Positions 41,451 through 52,359 of a DNA stretch of 64,000 nucleotides are shown here, piece by piece. The DNA is taken from assembly GCA_963721655.1 (NCBI GenBank), contig CAVRKH010000001.1, forward strand, positions 169,411 through 233,410. Reading direction: 5' to 3'. Under the pieces are notes generated by a model that worked only from the letters and a program-made list of their open reading frames with translations, ran no database searches and was not told the origin of the DNA. This DNA comes from an uncultured Chloroflexia bacterium. GTDB taxonomy: Bacteria; Chloroflexota; Limnocylindria; Limnocylindrales; CSP1-4. The position numbers and the translations under genes are program-made. Numbering within the stretch: the stretch's first letter is position 1; each line of letters begins with the position of its first letter.

Positions 41451-41605
41451 TTTCGTCGCCGAACCAGAGGTTCGTCGACGAGCTGGTTGACGCCGCCTTC
41501 GGCGGCGACTGTGTCATTGTCGACCGATCAGCAAAGCTCGCTCGATCGAGCCGGGGGCTCCGGCGGAGGCCTCTGCCCCCGGGCCCCCGCCAGGCAAGCC
41601 GAACA
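41450..41605 (+). repeat. ~155-nt structured intergenic element, copy 1
   Basis: Block-conserved with the inverted copy at 46923-47083; several hairpins. Confidence 0.8.
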
Positions 41606-41636
41606 ACATCTCGAGGACGACTCCGGTCGGCAACGA

Positions 41637-42875
41637 CTAGAAGCCGGTGTTGCAGAATGGCAGCTTGCGGGTGGTGAACAGGGCGTCGGCGCGGGCTCAG
41701 CGCATCGCGAGCGTGCTCGTCGATCCGCCCGGCATCGGCCAGCAGCGACGGCGCCACACCGCCGAGGTACACCGCACCAAGCTCGGCGGCGCCGAGCGTC
41801 AGGTGCGCGGTCTCGTCAGTCGGTTTGCAGGCCGCTCCGTCCGGACCGGCCTCGAGGCGGAACCGACCACCGGCCGATGGGCGGAAGCGATCCACCACCT
41901 CGAGCACGAGCTCGCCCTCGCCCTCGTCGGCGCGGGCCTGGAGGGCTCCTGGTACGTCGAGCACCCGAGCCCAGAGCCAATCGCTGATCGCCTTGGTGCG
42001 CATGCGCCGCGGCTCGGCCAGCCGCCACCGGAGCGGATCGTCGAGCGGGCGGTTCCAGCATCCCACCTGATCGATCAGATCGACGTCGCACAGGTAGCGC
42101 CAGAGCACAGCCTCAACGTCTGCCGTTGCGCCGCACACGTCGCGCACGACGAGCTCCGAGCGGGGCAGGTTGTTGTCGTCCCAGTTGTCCTTGACCCGGT
42201 ACGTCGCGTACCCATCGGCGTGGCCGGACGGGTCCTCGTGCACGACGAAGAACGAACGCGCTCGCGCCGTGGCGGTCCGCGGGTCGATCCCGTTCGACGA
42301 GCGTCCACCACCAGTCGTCACGGTTCACCGCGCCGGCCCGCTGGGACCGGGACGCGTCGTAGACGGCCTTGATCACGGGCATGGCCTCTGCCTTGGGCAG
42401 CAACCGGCACCGGCCGGACGGCGCCGGCTCGATCAGATAGCCGCTGCGCGCCGTGTCGATGGCGACATCGACGCGCGCGGTCGCCGCGCCGTATCCGAAC
42501 CGGCCGTAGATCACCGATTCGGATGCGGTGAGGATCGCGATCATGTCGCCCCGTTCGGCGATGTCGTCGAGCTGACGAGCCATCAGCGACGTCAGCAGAC
42601 CTTGGCGGCGATGGGTGGGAGCGACCCCGACCATGGTCACTCCGGCCGTGGGCGTCGTGCTTCCGCCCGGCAACGTCATCTCGAACGGAAAGTCGCCGGC
42701 CACACCGACCCACTCGCCATCGATCCGCGCACCGAGGGATCGGCTCGCATCGAACACGATCCGCTCGTCGGCGCGGAGTGTCGTCATCGAGGTCGGCCAT
42801 GCCGAACGCATGCCATACCGGCGTCATGGCCGCGACGAACTCATCGGGCGTGGGAACCACGATCTCGGCCTTCAT
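41637..42875 (-). CDS. Eis-like GNAT acetyltransferase with SCP2-like C-terminus (frameshifted)
   Basis: VGVAPTHRRQGLL, LTASESVIYGRFGYG, LWARVLDVPGAL and C-terminal FCNTGF. Confidence 0.9.
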
Positions 42876-42897
42876 GCCGCGTGGTCTACCACTCCGG

Positions 42898-43555
42898 TCA
42901 CTCGGAGCAGCCCCCGTTTCGGGCGAGCTCAGGCCCGCCGACGCCTTTGAGCACGATGTCGATCGACTGTTGGACGATCTGGGAGTGATGTGTTGACCGG
43001 TGAACACCACTCGGTAGAACAGCGGGCCCACGAGCGAGTCGATCAGCAGGTCGAGATCGGTGTCAGCGGGCAGCTCGCCTCGGTCGATGCCCCGTCGAAG
43101 AATCGTCTTCGTCGGGGCCCGTCGGTCGGCGACGAAGCTGCTGAGCCGGCTGCGCATGTCCGGGTTCACTGCAGCCTCGGCCACCAACGCCGGCAGCATG
43201 CGACCGGCCGACTCTTGTTGGAGGTCGTCGGCGCTCTTGCCGAAGAGCACACGCAGGTCGCCTCGCAAGGTCCCGGTGTCAGGCAGTTCGGTGGCGGTCG
43301 CTTGGGTGCTGATCGCGTCGAGGACAAGTGCTTCCTTCGTGCTCCAACGCCGGTAGATCGTGGCTTTGCCCACGCCGGCCCGTGCCGCCACCGCGTCGAC
43401 GGTGAGGCCACCGAAGCCGAGCTCCGCGAGCAGCTCGACGACGGCGGTCAGGATCGCCCCGGCCGCCGCTTCGTCCCGGGGACGCCCACGCGGCCCGCTG
43501 CAGGCTCAGCAGGCGGCGTTGGCTTCGATGTGGTTGGGGACACGGTGGCAATCAT
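42898..43555 (-). CDS. TetR-family transcriptional regulator
   Basis: VAARAGVGKATIYRRWSTKEAL and PDTGTLRGDL. Confidence 0.9.
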
Positions 43556-43573
43556 CCCCCGACTGGCTCCAGC

Positions 43574-45275
43574 TCAGCGGTCACATCGTACGCGCCGGCC
43601 ATGTGCGGAGCCCGGGCTGCATGCGATGCGTGGGTGGCGTGCAATGCGAACTCGGCCTCGGCGCCGCCGAGGAGTGTGGTGCAACCTCGGCCTCCGACGG
43701 CTCGGCTCCGCCGCATCGGTCTCTTTCGCACGAGCCGGCAGGAAGGCGAGCGCAATGGCGCGCCGAGCAGGGCGATCAAGGCGGCCGCGAGAAGCCACGC
43801 CCCATCGATGCCGAGAAGGAGTCGCGCGCCGCGCCGACGATCGTGCGACCGATGGGCGTGTCGATGGCGTTCGGCTTTCCACCGGCGAGGGCGGCCACCC
43901 GGAACGCACCACCGATCGAGTCACGAGTGGCCGCAACGGCCTCCGCCGGCAGGGGCAGATGGGCCAGGCGGCTGGTGACCCCGGGTCCGTAGCCGGACGA
44001 GAAGATGCTGCCGACGACGGCGACGCCGAGGGCACCACCGATCTGCGCGGGTGGTGTCGTTCATGGCCGAGCCGACGCCCGCCTTGTCGCGGGGCAGCGA
44101 GCCCATGATCGACTCGGTGGCCGGCGCCATGGCCAGGGCGATGCCGAGGCCGATCAGCAGCTGGGCGGGCAGGACCCGGGCCAGGTAGCCGAGCTCCGGG
44201 GTGGCGGTGCGCGGCGACGGCAGGCCGACGGCGACCACGATGAGCCCGCCGGCGACGACCACGCTTCGGTGCCGAACCGCTCGACCAGCCGGGCCGACAT
44301 GCGGGCCGCCGATCATCATCATCGACGGCGATGCGGGATCGACCGGACGCCCGGCCTGGAGCGGGGTGTAGCCGAGCACGAACTGCAGGAACTGCGTGAG
44401 CAGGAACATCGAGCCGAACATGGCGAAGAACGTGAGGGTGACGGCCAGGTTGGCCGCGGTGAACCGCGGGTTCTGGAAGAAGCGCACGTCGAGCATCGGG
44501 TGGTCGGTGCTGCAGCTGCCACCAGACGAAGCCGCCGAGCAGCGACGACGGCCATGGCGAAGCGCGGCCGAGCGACCGGCGTCGGCTCCAGCCCTTGCGC
44601 GGGCGCCTCGATGATCGCCCAGACGAAGGACACGAGGCCGATGATCGACAGGACCGCACCGAGCAGGTCGAGCTTCGGGCGTTCGTCCGCCTTCGAGTTC
44701 GGCAGGAGGAAGTAGCCGGCGGGCAGCGCGACCGCCACGACCGGGCACGTTGATGAGGAAGACCGAGCCCCACGAGAAGTGCTCGAGCAGCCAGCCGCCG
44801 AGCAGCGGGCCGATGGCGACGCCGATGCCGGACACGCCGGCCCAGACGCCGATCGCCTGGGCCCGTTCCTTGCGGGTCGGTGAACAGGTTGGTCAGCAGG
44901 GAGAGCGTGGCCGGCATGATCGAGCGCGCCGCCGACGCCCATGAGCGACCGGGTGAGGATCAGCTGGGCGGCCGATGGTGGCGAAGGCCGACGCACCGAG
45001 CCGGCGACGAAGATCACGCAGGCCGATCGACAGCGCCGACCGGCGACCGAACCGGTCACCGAGGCTACCGGTGGTGAGCAGCAGGCCGGCGAACACGAGC
45101 GTGTAGCCGTCGATGATCCACTGCAGCTGGCTGGTCGGTGGCGCTCGAGGTCGTCGGACAGGCTGCGGCAGCGCCACGTTGAGGATGGTGTTGTCGAGGC
45201 CGATCGACCAGCAGGCTGAGGCAGAGCACCGCCGAGTCCGACCCATCGGCGGTCGTACATCGCCTTCTCGTCCAT
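43574..45275 (-). CDS. DHA2 (EmrB/QacA) MFS efflux transporter, heavily frameshifted
   Basis: LDNTILNVALP, QLQWIIDGYTL, GSLGDRFGRR, GPLLGGWLL and GVGSAMNDT. Confidence 0.88.
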
Positions 45276-45288
45276 GGCTCCGATATTC

Positions 45289-45322
45289 AATACCGGCTCA
45301 GTTCCGAAACTCAACACGTTTC
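45289..45322. promoter_or_regulatory. Tandem candidate TetR operators upstream of the DHA2-TetR operon
   Basis: GAAAC-N7-GTTTC (45306-45322) next to degenerate AATAC-N7-GTTCC (45289-45305). Confidence 0.5.
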
Positions 45323-45340
45323 CGAATATGAACCGTCTCG

Positions 45341-46847
45341 TCACGACGTGCCGGACAGGGCCGACCTCGGTTCGGCGGCAGCACCTCGGCTCGCTCGACG
45401 CAGCAGGGCGGTGACGACCTTGCCGTCGGCCTGGCCCTTCGTGGCCCGCATCACCTGGCCGACGAAGAAGCCGGTGAGCTTGCCTCGCACCTTGTCGTCG
45501 CCGGCGCGGAACTGCTCCCACTCCTCGGGTGCGCGGCGATGACCTCGTCGACGACGGTCGCCGAGCGCGTCCGACGTCCATCGCCTCGAAGCCCTTGGCC
45601 GCGGCGATCGCCTCGGGCGTCGTCGTCGACGGTCGAGCATCTCGGCCAGCACCTGCTTGGCCTGGGTCGCCGTGAGCTCGCCGCTCGTCTCGAGGTCGAC
45701 GAGCGCGGCGAGCCGGGCCGGATCGAGCTCGGCGCCGCCGGCTCCACCGAGGTTCTGCTCGACGTGGACGAGCACCCGGCTCGGGTCGCGCGCCGGCCGC
45801 GATCGCGCGCGAGCGCCTGGTCGTCCTGGCCGCGCTCGACGATCACGACGACGCCCTCGGACGCGCCGGTCGAGCGCCGGCGGCGTCGGCCAGGCGGGCG
45901 ACGCCGCGCCGCCGGGCAGCACCGGCAGCGCGGCGCGGATCCGCTCGATCCACGTCGGCGTCGGGTCGAGCGGCACCAGGTCGGGCTCGGGGAAGTAGCG
46001 GTAGTCCTCGGCCTCCTCCTTGGAGCGCATGGCGTGGGTGCGGCCGTCGGCCTCGTCCCAGTGCCGGGTCTGCTGGATGACCCGCTCGCCGGCGGTCGAT
46101 GAGCGTCGACCTGGCGGCGGGCCTCGTACTCGATGGCCCGGCCGAGCGAGCGCAGCGAGTTGAGGTTCTTGATCTCGCAGCGGGTGCCGAGCGCTCCTCG
46201 CCGACGCGCCGGACCGACACGTTGGCGTCGACCCGCATCGAGCCCTCCTCCATCTTCCCGTCGGACACGCCGGTGGCGACGAGGATCGCCCGCAGCTCGG
46301 ACACGTACTCGCGGGCCTCGTCCGGCGGAGCGCATGTCGGGCCGCTCACGATCTCGAGCAGCGGCACGCCGGCCCGGTTGTAGTCGACGATCGAGTGCTC
46401 GGCGCCCGAGATGCGGCCGCTCGTCGCCGACGTGGGTCGACTTGCCGGTGTCCTCCTCGAGGTGGGCCCGCTCGATGCCGACCCGCTTGCCGGTCGGCAG
46501 CTCGAGCGAGCCCGTCGACGTTGATCGGCTGGTCGTACTGGGAGATCTGGAAGTCCTTCGGCATGTCCGGATAGAAGTAGTTCTTCCGGGAGAACACCGA
46601 CGGCTCGACGGAGCAGTCGAGCGCGAGGCCGAGACGGATGGCCAGCTCGACCGCCTGCTCGTTCAGCACCGGCAGCGAGCCCGGGCAGCCCGAGCGACAC
46701 CGGGTCGATGTTGGTGTTCGGCTCGTTGCCGAAGTGGTTCGGCGCCGCCGAGAACATCTTCGTCTTCGTGGCCAGCTCGGCGTGCACCTCGAGGCCGATG
46801 ACCGTCTCCCACCCTTCGACGATGGCTGCAGGCTTCGAAGACGTCAT
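45341..46847 (-). CDS. gatB: Asp/Glu-tRNA amidotransferase subunit B (frameshifted)
   Basis: [49 protein letters not shown] and GFFVGQVM. Confidence 0.95.
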
Positions 46848-46922
46848 CCGGTCAGGTTCGGCAGTTGCCGCGGCCGTCAGCACCAGTTCCTCATGCCTCG
46901 AGCTCGTCGCGCGCCAGGGATC

Positions 46923-47083
46923 TGTTCGGCTTGCCTGGCGGGGGGCCTGGGGGGCGGAGAGCTCCGCCGGAGCCCCCCAGCGTCGACCGTTCGGCTTTGC
47001 CGGATGGTCGACCCAGCTAGCCGGTCGTCGCCGAAGGCGGCGTCAACCATCTCGTCGACGAACCTCTGGTTCGGCGACGAAAC
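46923..47083 (-). repeat. ~160-nt structured intergenic element, copy 2 (inverted), upstream of gatB
   Basis: Reverse complement begins GTTTCGTCGCCGAACCAGAGGTTCGTCGACGAG, as at 41450. Confidence 0.8.
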
Positions 47084-47088
47084 ATCCC

Positions 47089-47104
47089 AGTGACACGCAT
47101 CACA
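47089..47104. promoter_or_regulatory. Candidate CRP/GlxR site
   Basis: AGTGA-CACGCA-TCACA, 9/10 match to TGTGA-N6-TCACA, ~45 bp before the hydrolase start. Confidence 0.5.
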
Positions 47105-47146
47105 GCGGGTACCGAATTGCAGGACGGCTGTGGCAACCTTGGCGGC

Positions 47147-47952
47147 GTGACGTCCACTTTCCGCGACCCCCGGGCGGGCGAGCGTGGCCCCCGTTCCCAG
47201 ACCTGGCAGCGCCCCCCGACCGGGCGCTGGCGCTCGAAGGGGTCCGTGCCGCTGGCGAGCTGACCGCCATGGGTGCGCTGATCCCGCTGCTGCGCCATGC
47301 GCCGAAGGGCGACGGTCATCCGGTGCTCGTCTTGCCCGGCTTCACCGCCGGAGACGTTCGACCCGGCCCATGCGCTGGTTCCTCCGCGACCGCGGGCTAC
47401 TTCACACACGGCTGGAGGCTCGGTCGCAACCTCGGTCCGACGGAGCGGATGATCGACGGGATGCGCGCCCGGGTGGAGGCGCTGCTCGCCCAGCACGGCC
47501 AGCGCATCACGATCGTCGGCTGGAGCCTCGGGCGGCATCTACGCCCGCGAGATCGCGAGGAGCGCTCCCGGCGCCGTCCGCCAGGTCATCACGCTCGGGC
47601 TCGCCGTTCCGGCTCACCGGCCGTCCCGGCGCCAGCAATGCAGAGCCGTTGTTCAAGCTGGTTTCGCCGATGTTCCAGGAGGCCGCGCCGGAGCGCCTGG
47701 TTCCCGAGGATCGACGGCCTCGCCTGCCGGTCCCGCGACCGCGGTGTACACCCGCACCGACGGCGTCGTGCCTGGCGGAGCTGCGTCGAGTCGACGGGCC
47801 CCAGGCGGGAGAGCATCGAGGTGCGGGGGAGCCACTCCGGCCTCGGCCACATCCCGGCGGTCCTGCTCACGATCGCCGATCGACTCGCGCAGCCGGAGGG
47901 CACCTGGGAGCGGTTCGGCCGTCGGCGACCTGGCGCCGCCTCGGCGGCGTGA
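47147..47952 (+). CDS. Alpha/beta hydrolase (lipase/PGAP1-like), frameshifted
   Basis: GDGHPVLVLPGF, GWRLGRNLG, IVGWSLGG, TLGSP and GSHSGL. Confidence 0.85.
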
Positions 47953-48074
47953 GCGCGAGCTAGCAGGCGCCCCGGCGCCCCGAACGAAGGTGCTGCGTAG
48001 GCGGTCGCGTTCCTGGACGACCTGCACAGCGAAGTTCGCCGGACGCTGAACTGGCGGCCTCCGCGCGAGCTGAA

Positions 48075-48120
48075 GTTCGTGTCCAAACGGTCCGATAGCG
48101 GACCGGTTACGCAGCACATT
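48075..48120. repeat. REP-like palindrome between convergent genes
   Basis: CGGTCCG-ATAG-CGGACCG core. Confidence 0.45.
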
Positions 48121-48131
48121 GCCGGGGGCGG

Positions 48132-49584
48132 TTAGCCCGGCGCGGCGGACTCGAGCGCGGCGGCCACCCGGAACATGGTCGGCCTCGCCGAGCGCCGGCG
48201 CGAGGACCTGGACGCCGACCGGCAGACCGTCGTCGCCGGTGCCGAACGGCACCGACATCGCCGGGTCGCCCGACGAGGTTCGACGGGATCGTGCACACGT
48301 CGTTCAGGTACATGGTGAGCGGGTCGGCCGTCTTGTCGCCGAGCGCGAACGCGGTCGTCGGCGACGTCGGGCGCGAGCAGCACGTCGAAGCGCTCGTAGG
48401 CCGCGGCGAAGTCGCGGACAGATGAGCGTGCGGACCCGCTGCGCCTTGCCGTAGTACGCGTCGTAGTAGCCGGCCGACAGCGCGTACGTGCCGAGCATGA
48501 TGCGCCGCTTCACCTCGGCGCCGAAGCCCTGGCGTGCGGGTGGCGATCATCATCTCGGCGGTGGTCGGCGCGTCGACGCGCAGGCCGTAGCGCACGCCGT
48601 CGAAGCGGGCGAGGTTGCTCGACGCCTCGGCCGGTGCGATGAGGTAGTAGGCCGACAGGCCGTAGATGGCGGCCGGCACCGATGCCTCGTCGACCTTGGC
48701 GCCCGCGGCGGCGAGCGCGTCGGCCGCCTCGCGGGTACGGGCGACGACGTCGGGCGCGATGCCCTCCGCCCAGCAGCTCGCGGACGACGCCGACCCGCAG
48801 GCCGTCGACGCCGTCGTCGAGGTGCGGCGCCGACCGGCGGCACCGGCTCCGGGATCGACGTCGAGTCGAGCGGGTCGTGACCGGCGATGACCTCGAGCAG
48901 CGCGGCGGCGTCGGCCACGGTGCTGGCGAACGGGCCGATCTGGTCGAGCGAGCTGGCGAAGGCGACGAGGCCGTAGCGGCTGACGCAGCCCGTAGGTCGG
49001 CTTCACGCCGACCACACCGCACAAGCGCCGCCGGCTGGCGGATCGAGCCGCCGGTGTCGGAGCCGAGCGCGAGCGGCGCGAACCCGGCGGCCACCGCCGC
49101 CGCGCTGCCGCCGCTCGAGCCGCCCGGCACCCGGCTGGGGTCGTGGGGGTTGCGGGTCGGGACCGAAGGCCGAGTTCTCGGTCGAGCTGCCCATGGCGAA
49201 CTCGTCGAGGTTCGTCTTGCCGATGATGACCGCGCCCGCCGCGGCCAGCCGCTGCGACGACGGTGGCGTCGTACGGCGGCCGCCAGCCCTCGAGGATCCG
49301 CGACGAGCAGGTCGTGGCGACGCCGCGGGTGCACAGGTTGTCCTTGAGCGCGACGGGCACGCCGGCCAGCGGGCCCGGGTCCTCGCCGGCCGCGACCCGG
49401 TCGGTCGATGGCGTCGGCCGCCGTCGCCGGCCTCGTCGGCCAGCACGAGGTTGAACGCGTGGATCTCGCCCTCGCGTGCGTCGATGGCGGCGAGGTGCTC
49501 GTCGACGCACCTCGCGGGCCGACCGCTCCCCGGATCGCACGGCGGCCGCGATGTCGAGCGCCGTGACGCTGGTCGGTCCACCAT
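48132..49584 (-). CDS. gatA: Asp/Glu-tRNA amidotransferase subunit A (frameshifted)
   Basis: [54 protein letters not shown] and [12 protein letters not shown]. Confidence 0.95.
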
Positions 49585-49886
49585 CAGGGCGCCTCACCGA
49601 GGATCGGCGGCACCTGGAACCGGCCGTCCTCGACCGCCGGCGCGGCGGCCAGCACCTCGTCGCGGTCGACGGTCGGGCCGACCACGTCGGGGCGCAGCAC
49701 GTTGCGCAGCGGATACGGGTGCGCGGTCGGCGGCACGTCGGCGACGTCGAGCGCCTCGACGTCGGCCGCGTGGTCGAGCACCTCGGCGAGCTGGTCGGTG
49801 AACATGTCGAGCTCGTCGTCGGTGAGCGCGAGGCGGGCCAGGCGGGCGACGTGGGCGACGTCGTCCCGGGTGATCGGATCAGCCAT
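49584..49886 (-). CDS. gatC: Asp/Glu-tRNA amidotransferase subunit C
   Basis: [15 protein letters not shown]...NVLRPD...FQVPPIL. Confidence 0.95.
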   Translation of the reverse strand: MADPITRDDVAHVARLARLALTDDELDMFTDQLAEVLDHAADVEALDVADVPPTAHPYPLRNVLRPDVVGPTVDRDEVLAAAPAVEDGRFQVPPILGEAP

Positions 49887-49947
49887 GGTGGGGCATCGTA
49901 GGCAGCACGCCGACTGCGCCGACCTGCCTAGAGATCGGTGAACCGCG

Positions 49948-50707
49948 TCAGGCGCTGGTGACCTTGCGGGCGAAGTCCACCGTGGCCGACTCGATGCAGG
50001 TCCTTGTCGTAGTCGAGGGTGGCGACGTGGTAGCTGCGCTCGAGCCGGAGCCGCTCGACCGGGCCGGTGACCGCGTCGGCGAGGACGTCGCTGTTGACGG
50101 GCTCGACGACGTGGTCCTGCAGGCTCGTGATGATCAGCACCGGGCAGGCGATGCGGCCGCAGCCGCTCCTGGAACTCGCCGGCCGCCTCGAACATCGACA
50201 GCAGCGGCGCCAGCGGCGTCTCGGCGTAGGCCGACTCGACGGAGTCGGGATCGGCGATGTCCGACCCGATGCCGTCCATCCGGTCCATGCCCTCGTCGAG
50301 CATGCCCTGCGCCATCTCGAGCATCCCCTCCGGCGCGGTGACCACCGCGTTGATGCAGACGATGCCGGCGATCTCCGGGTGGTCCGACGCCAGCCACACC
50401 GTGAGCGCGCCGCCCATCGACAGCCCGACGACGACGACCCGCTCGCAGCGCGCCGCGAGGCGCTGGTACGCCGCCTCGGCCTCGCCCAGCCAGTCGCGGT
50501 AGCCGGTCGGGATCATGTCCTCGACCGTCGTGCCGTGACCGGGCAGCCGCGGCAGCTCGACCGCGAAGCCCGGCGGCGGCGAGCGCCTCGGCCACGCCGC
50601 GCATCGATGCCGGGTTGCCGGTGAACCCGTGCAGCACGAGCGCCCCGTTCGGCCCGCCGTCGGCGGACCACGGCTCGGCGCCGGGGAGCATGTTGCGGAT
50701 CAGCCAT
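49948..50707 (-). CDS. Carboxylesterase / monoacylglycerol lipase-like alpha/beta hydrolase (frameshifted)
   Basis: LVLHGFTG, VGLSMGG, DHVV and RSYHVATLDYD. Confidence 0.9.
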
Positions 50708-50750
50708 CAGGTCCTCCAAGTTGCGGGATGAGCTCATCGGTCAGGACAGC

Positions 50751-51058
50751 TCAGCGGTAGGGGTCGTCGGTGGCGGGCTCGTCCCACCAGTCGTCGGGCG
50801 CCGGCGACCAGTCCGGATCCGGGTAGATGCAGTCGACCGGGCACGGCCGGCGAGGCACTTGTCGCAGCCCGAGCACAGCTCGGGGATGATCATGACGTCG
50901 ATGCCGTGGTTGAAGATCGCCCCGAACTGCGGCGGGCAGTGGCGGAGGCAGGCGTCGCAGTTGATGCACTCGGACATCTCGATGCGCAGCGGCGGCGACT
51001 TCCACTTCGGGTTGCGCTCCCGGTGCTCGAGCCGCTCGCCCCGGTTGGTCGCTGGCAC
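50751..51058 (-). CDS. 2x[4Fe-4S] ferredoxin-like protein (frameshift ~50850)
   Basis: CINCDACLRHCP and CSGCDKCL..CPVDCI motifs. Confidence 0.88.
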
Positions 51059-51089
51059 CGCGGGGATCGTAGCGCCGCAGCGGCTGCGA

Positions 51090-51105
51090 TTGACCCGCCG
51101 GTCAG
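51090..51105. promoter_or_regulatory. Candidate TetR operator in the ferredoxin/tetR divergent gap
   Basis: TTGACCCGCCGGTCAG, 14/16 identical to the palindrome core at 53849. Confidence 0.65.
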
Positions 51106-51124
51106 GAACTGGTCGACTCTCGCC

Positions 51125-51773
51125 ATGGCCAACGACCGCCGGCTGACCGCGCAGGGCGAGGAGCGCAAGCAGCAGCTGCTCGACTGCGCCGCCGAGCTGT
51201 TCGCCGAGCGGGGCTACGCCGACACCCGGATCCTCGACATCGTGCGCCAGGCCGGCGTGGCCAAGGGCCTCTTCTACTGGTACTTCGAGAACAAGGAAGC
51301 GCTGTTCCGGGAGCTGGTCGAGCACAACCGGCTGCGGCTGCGCCAGCACCAGGCCCAGGCGATCGACCCCGCGGCCGAGCCGCTGCTGCGCATCCGCCAG
51401 GGCGCCGAGTCGTCGATGGAGTTCATGTCGAGCCACGCCCACTTCTTCGCCCTGCTCGAGGTCGAGAACCTGGAGAAGCAGTTCGCCGACGTGCTGCGCA
51501 ACGGCACCGACGTCCACGCCGCCGACGTCGCCGCGCTCATCCGCGACGGCATCGCCGACGGCACGATCCGCGACGAGGACCCGCTGCTGCTGGCCTACGG
51601 CGTGGTCGGCGCGGTCGGCTACTACGGCCACTTCCACCGCACCGGCCGGTTCGCGATGACCGTCGACGAGCTCGCCCCGTTCGTCGGCCGGTTCGTCGTG
51701 TGCGCGCTGGCCGCCGACGAGGAGATCGCTCGACGGGTGCTGGCCGCGGACCTGGCGGTCGCCGGCCACCTGA
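51125..51773 (+). CDS. TetR-family regulator (true stop probably ~51773; ORF reads on to 51946)
   Basis: LFAERGY..DIVRQAGVAKGLFYWYFENKEALF HTH. Confidence 0.9.
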
Positions 51774-51915
51774 CCGGATCGTGTGACTTTTTGCACGCAT
51801 CGTGCACATTGGTGCGGCCCTGCCCGGCGAGCGTTGTAGTGTCCGCCCGCACGCCCTGGACGAGCGCGACACCACCGGCCTGTCGGCCACGACCAGCAGG
51901 ACGAAAGGGGCACCC

Positions 51916-52324
51916 GTGCCGAAGTTTCTCTCCGACGAGTGGATGACCGAGGCGACGAAGATCCGCGAGGAGTTCGCCGGCCAGGGCGGCGCGCCGCCGC
52001 ATCAGATCCGGATGAACCTGGTGATCACCGAGGTGCCGTCCGACGTCCGGCGAGTCCCCGATCGACGCCCACATGGACACGACCGACGGCGAGATCAAGA
52101 TGGACCTCGGGCACCTCGAGAACCCGGAGCTCACCGTCACCCTCGACTACGACACGGCCAAGGCCATCTTCGTGGAGCAGAACCCGCAGGCCGGGATGCA
52201 GGCGTTCATGGCCGGCAAGATCAAGGTGCAGGGCGACATGACCAAGCTGATGGCCATGCAGCAGGGCGCACCCGATCCGACCGCCGTCGCCGTGGCCGCC
52301 AAGATCAAGGAGATCACCGACTGA
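51916..52324 (+). CDS. SCP2 sterol/lipid-binding domain protein (frameshift ~52050)
   Basis: FLSDEW N-terminus; GMQAFMAGKIKVQGDMTKLM. Confidence 0.88.
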
Positions 52325-52359
52325 GCGCCAGCGCTACGGGCGGCGCCGCCGGGCTGCAG

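Noticed and set aside
42318-43391. Apparent TetR-Eis fusion ORF
   Set aside because: Frameshifts join two separate genes; TetR has its own stop near 42898
49584-50516. Apparent esterase-GatC fusion ORF
   Set aside because: The esterase C-terminus (DHVV..SYHVATLDYD) lies in another frame with its own stop; indel artefact
51782-51797. CRP-like site TGTGA-CTTTTT-GCACG before the SCP2 gene
   Set aside because: Right half-site matches only 3/5; too weak to call
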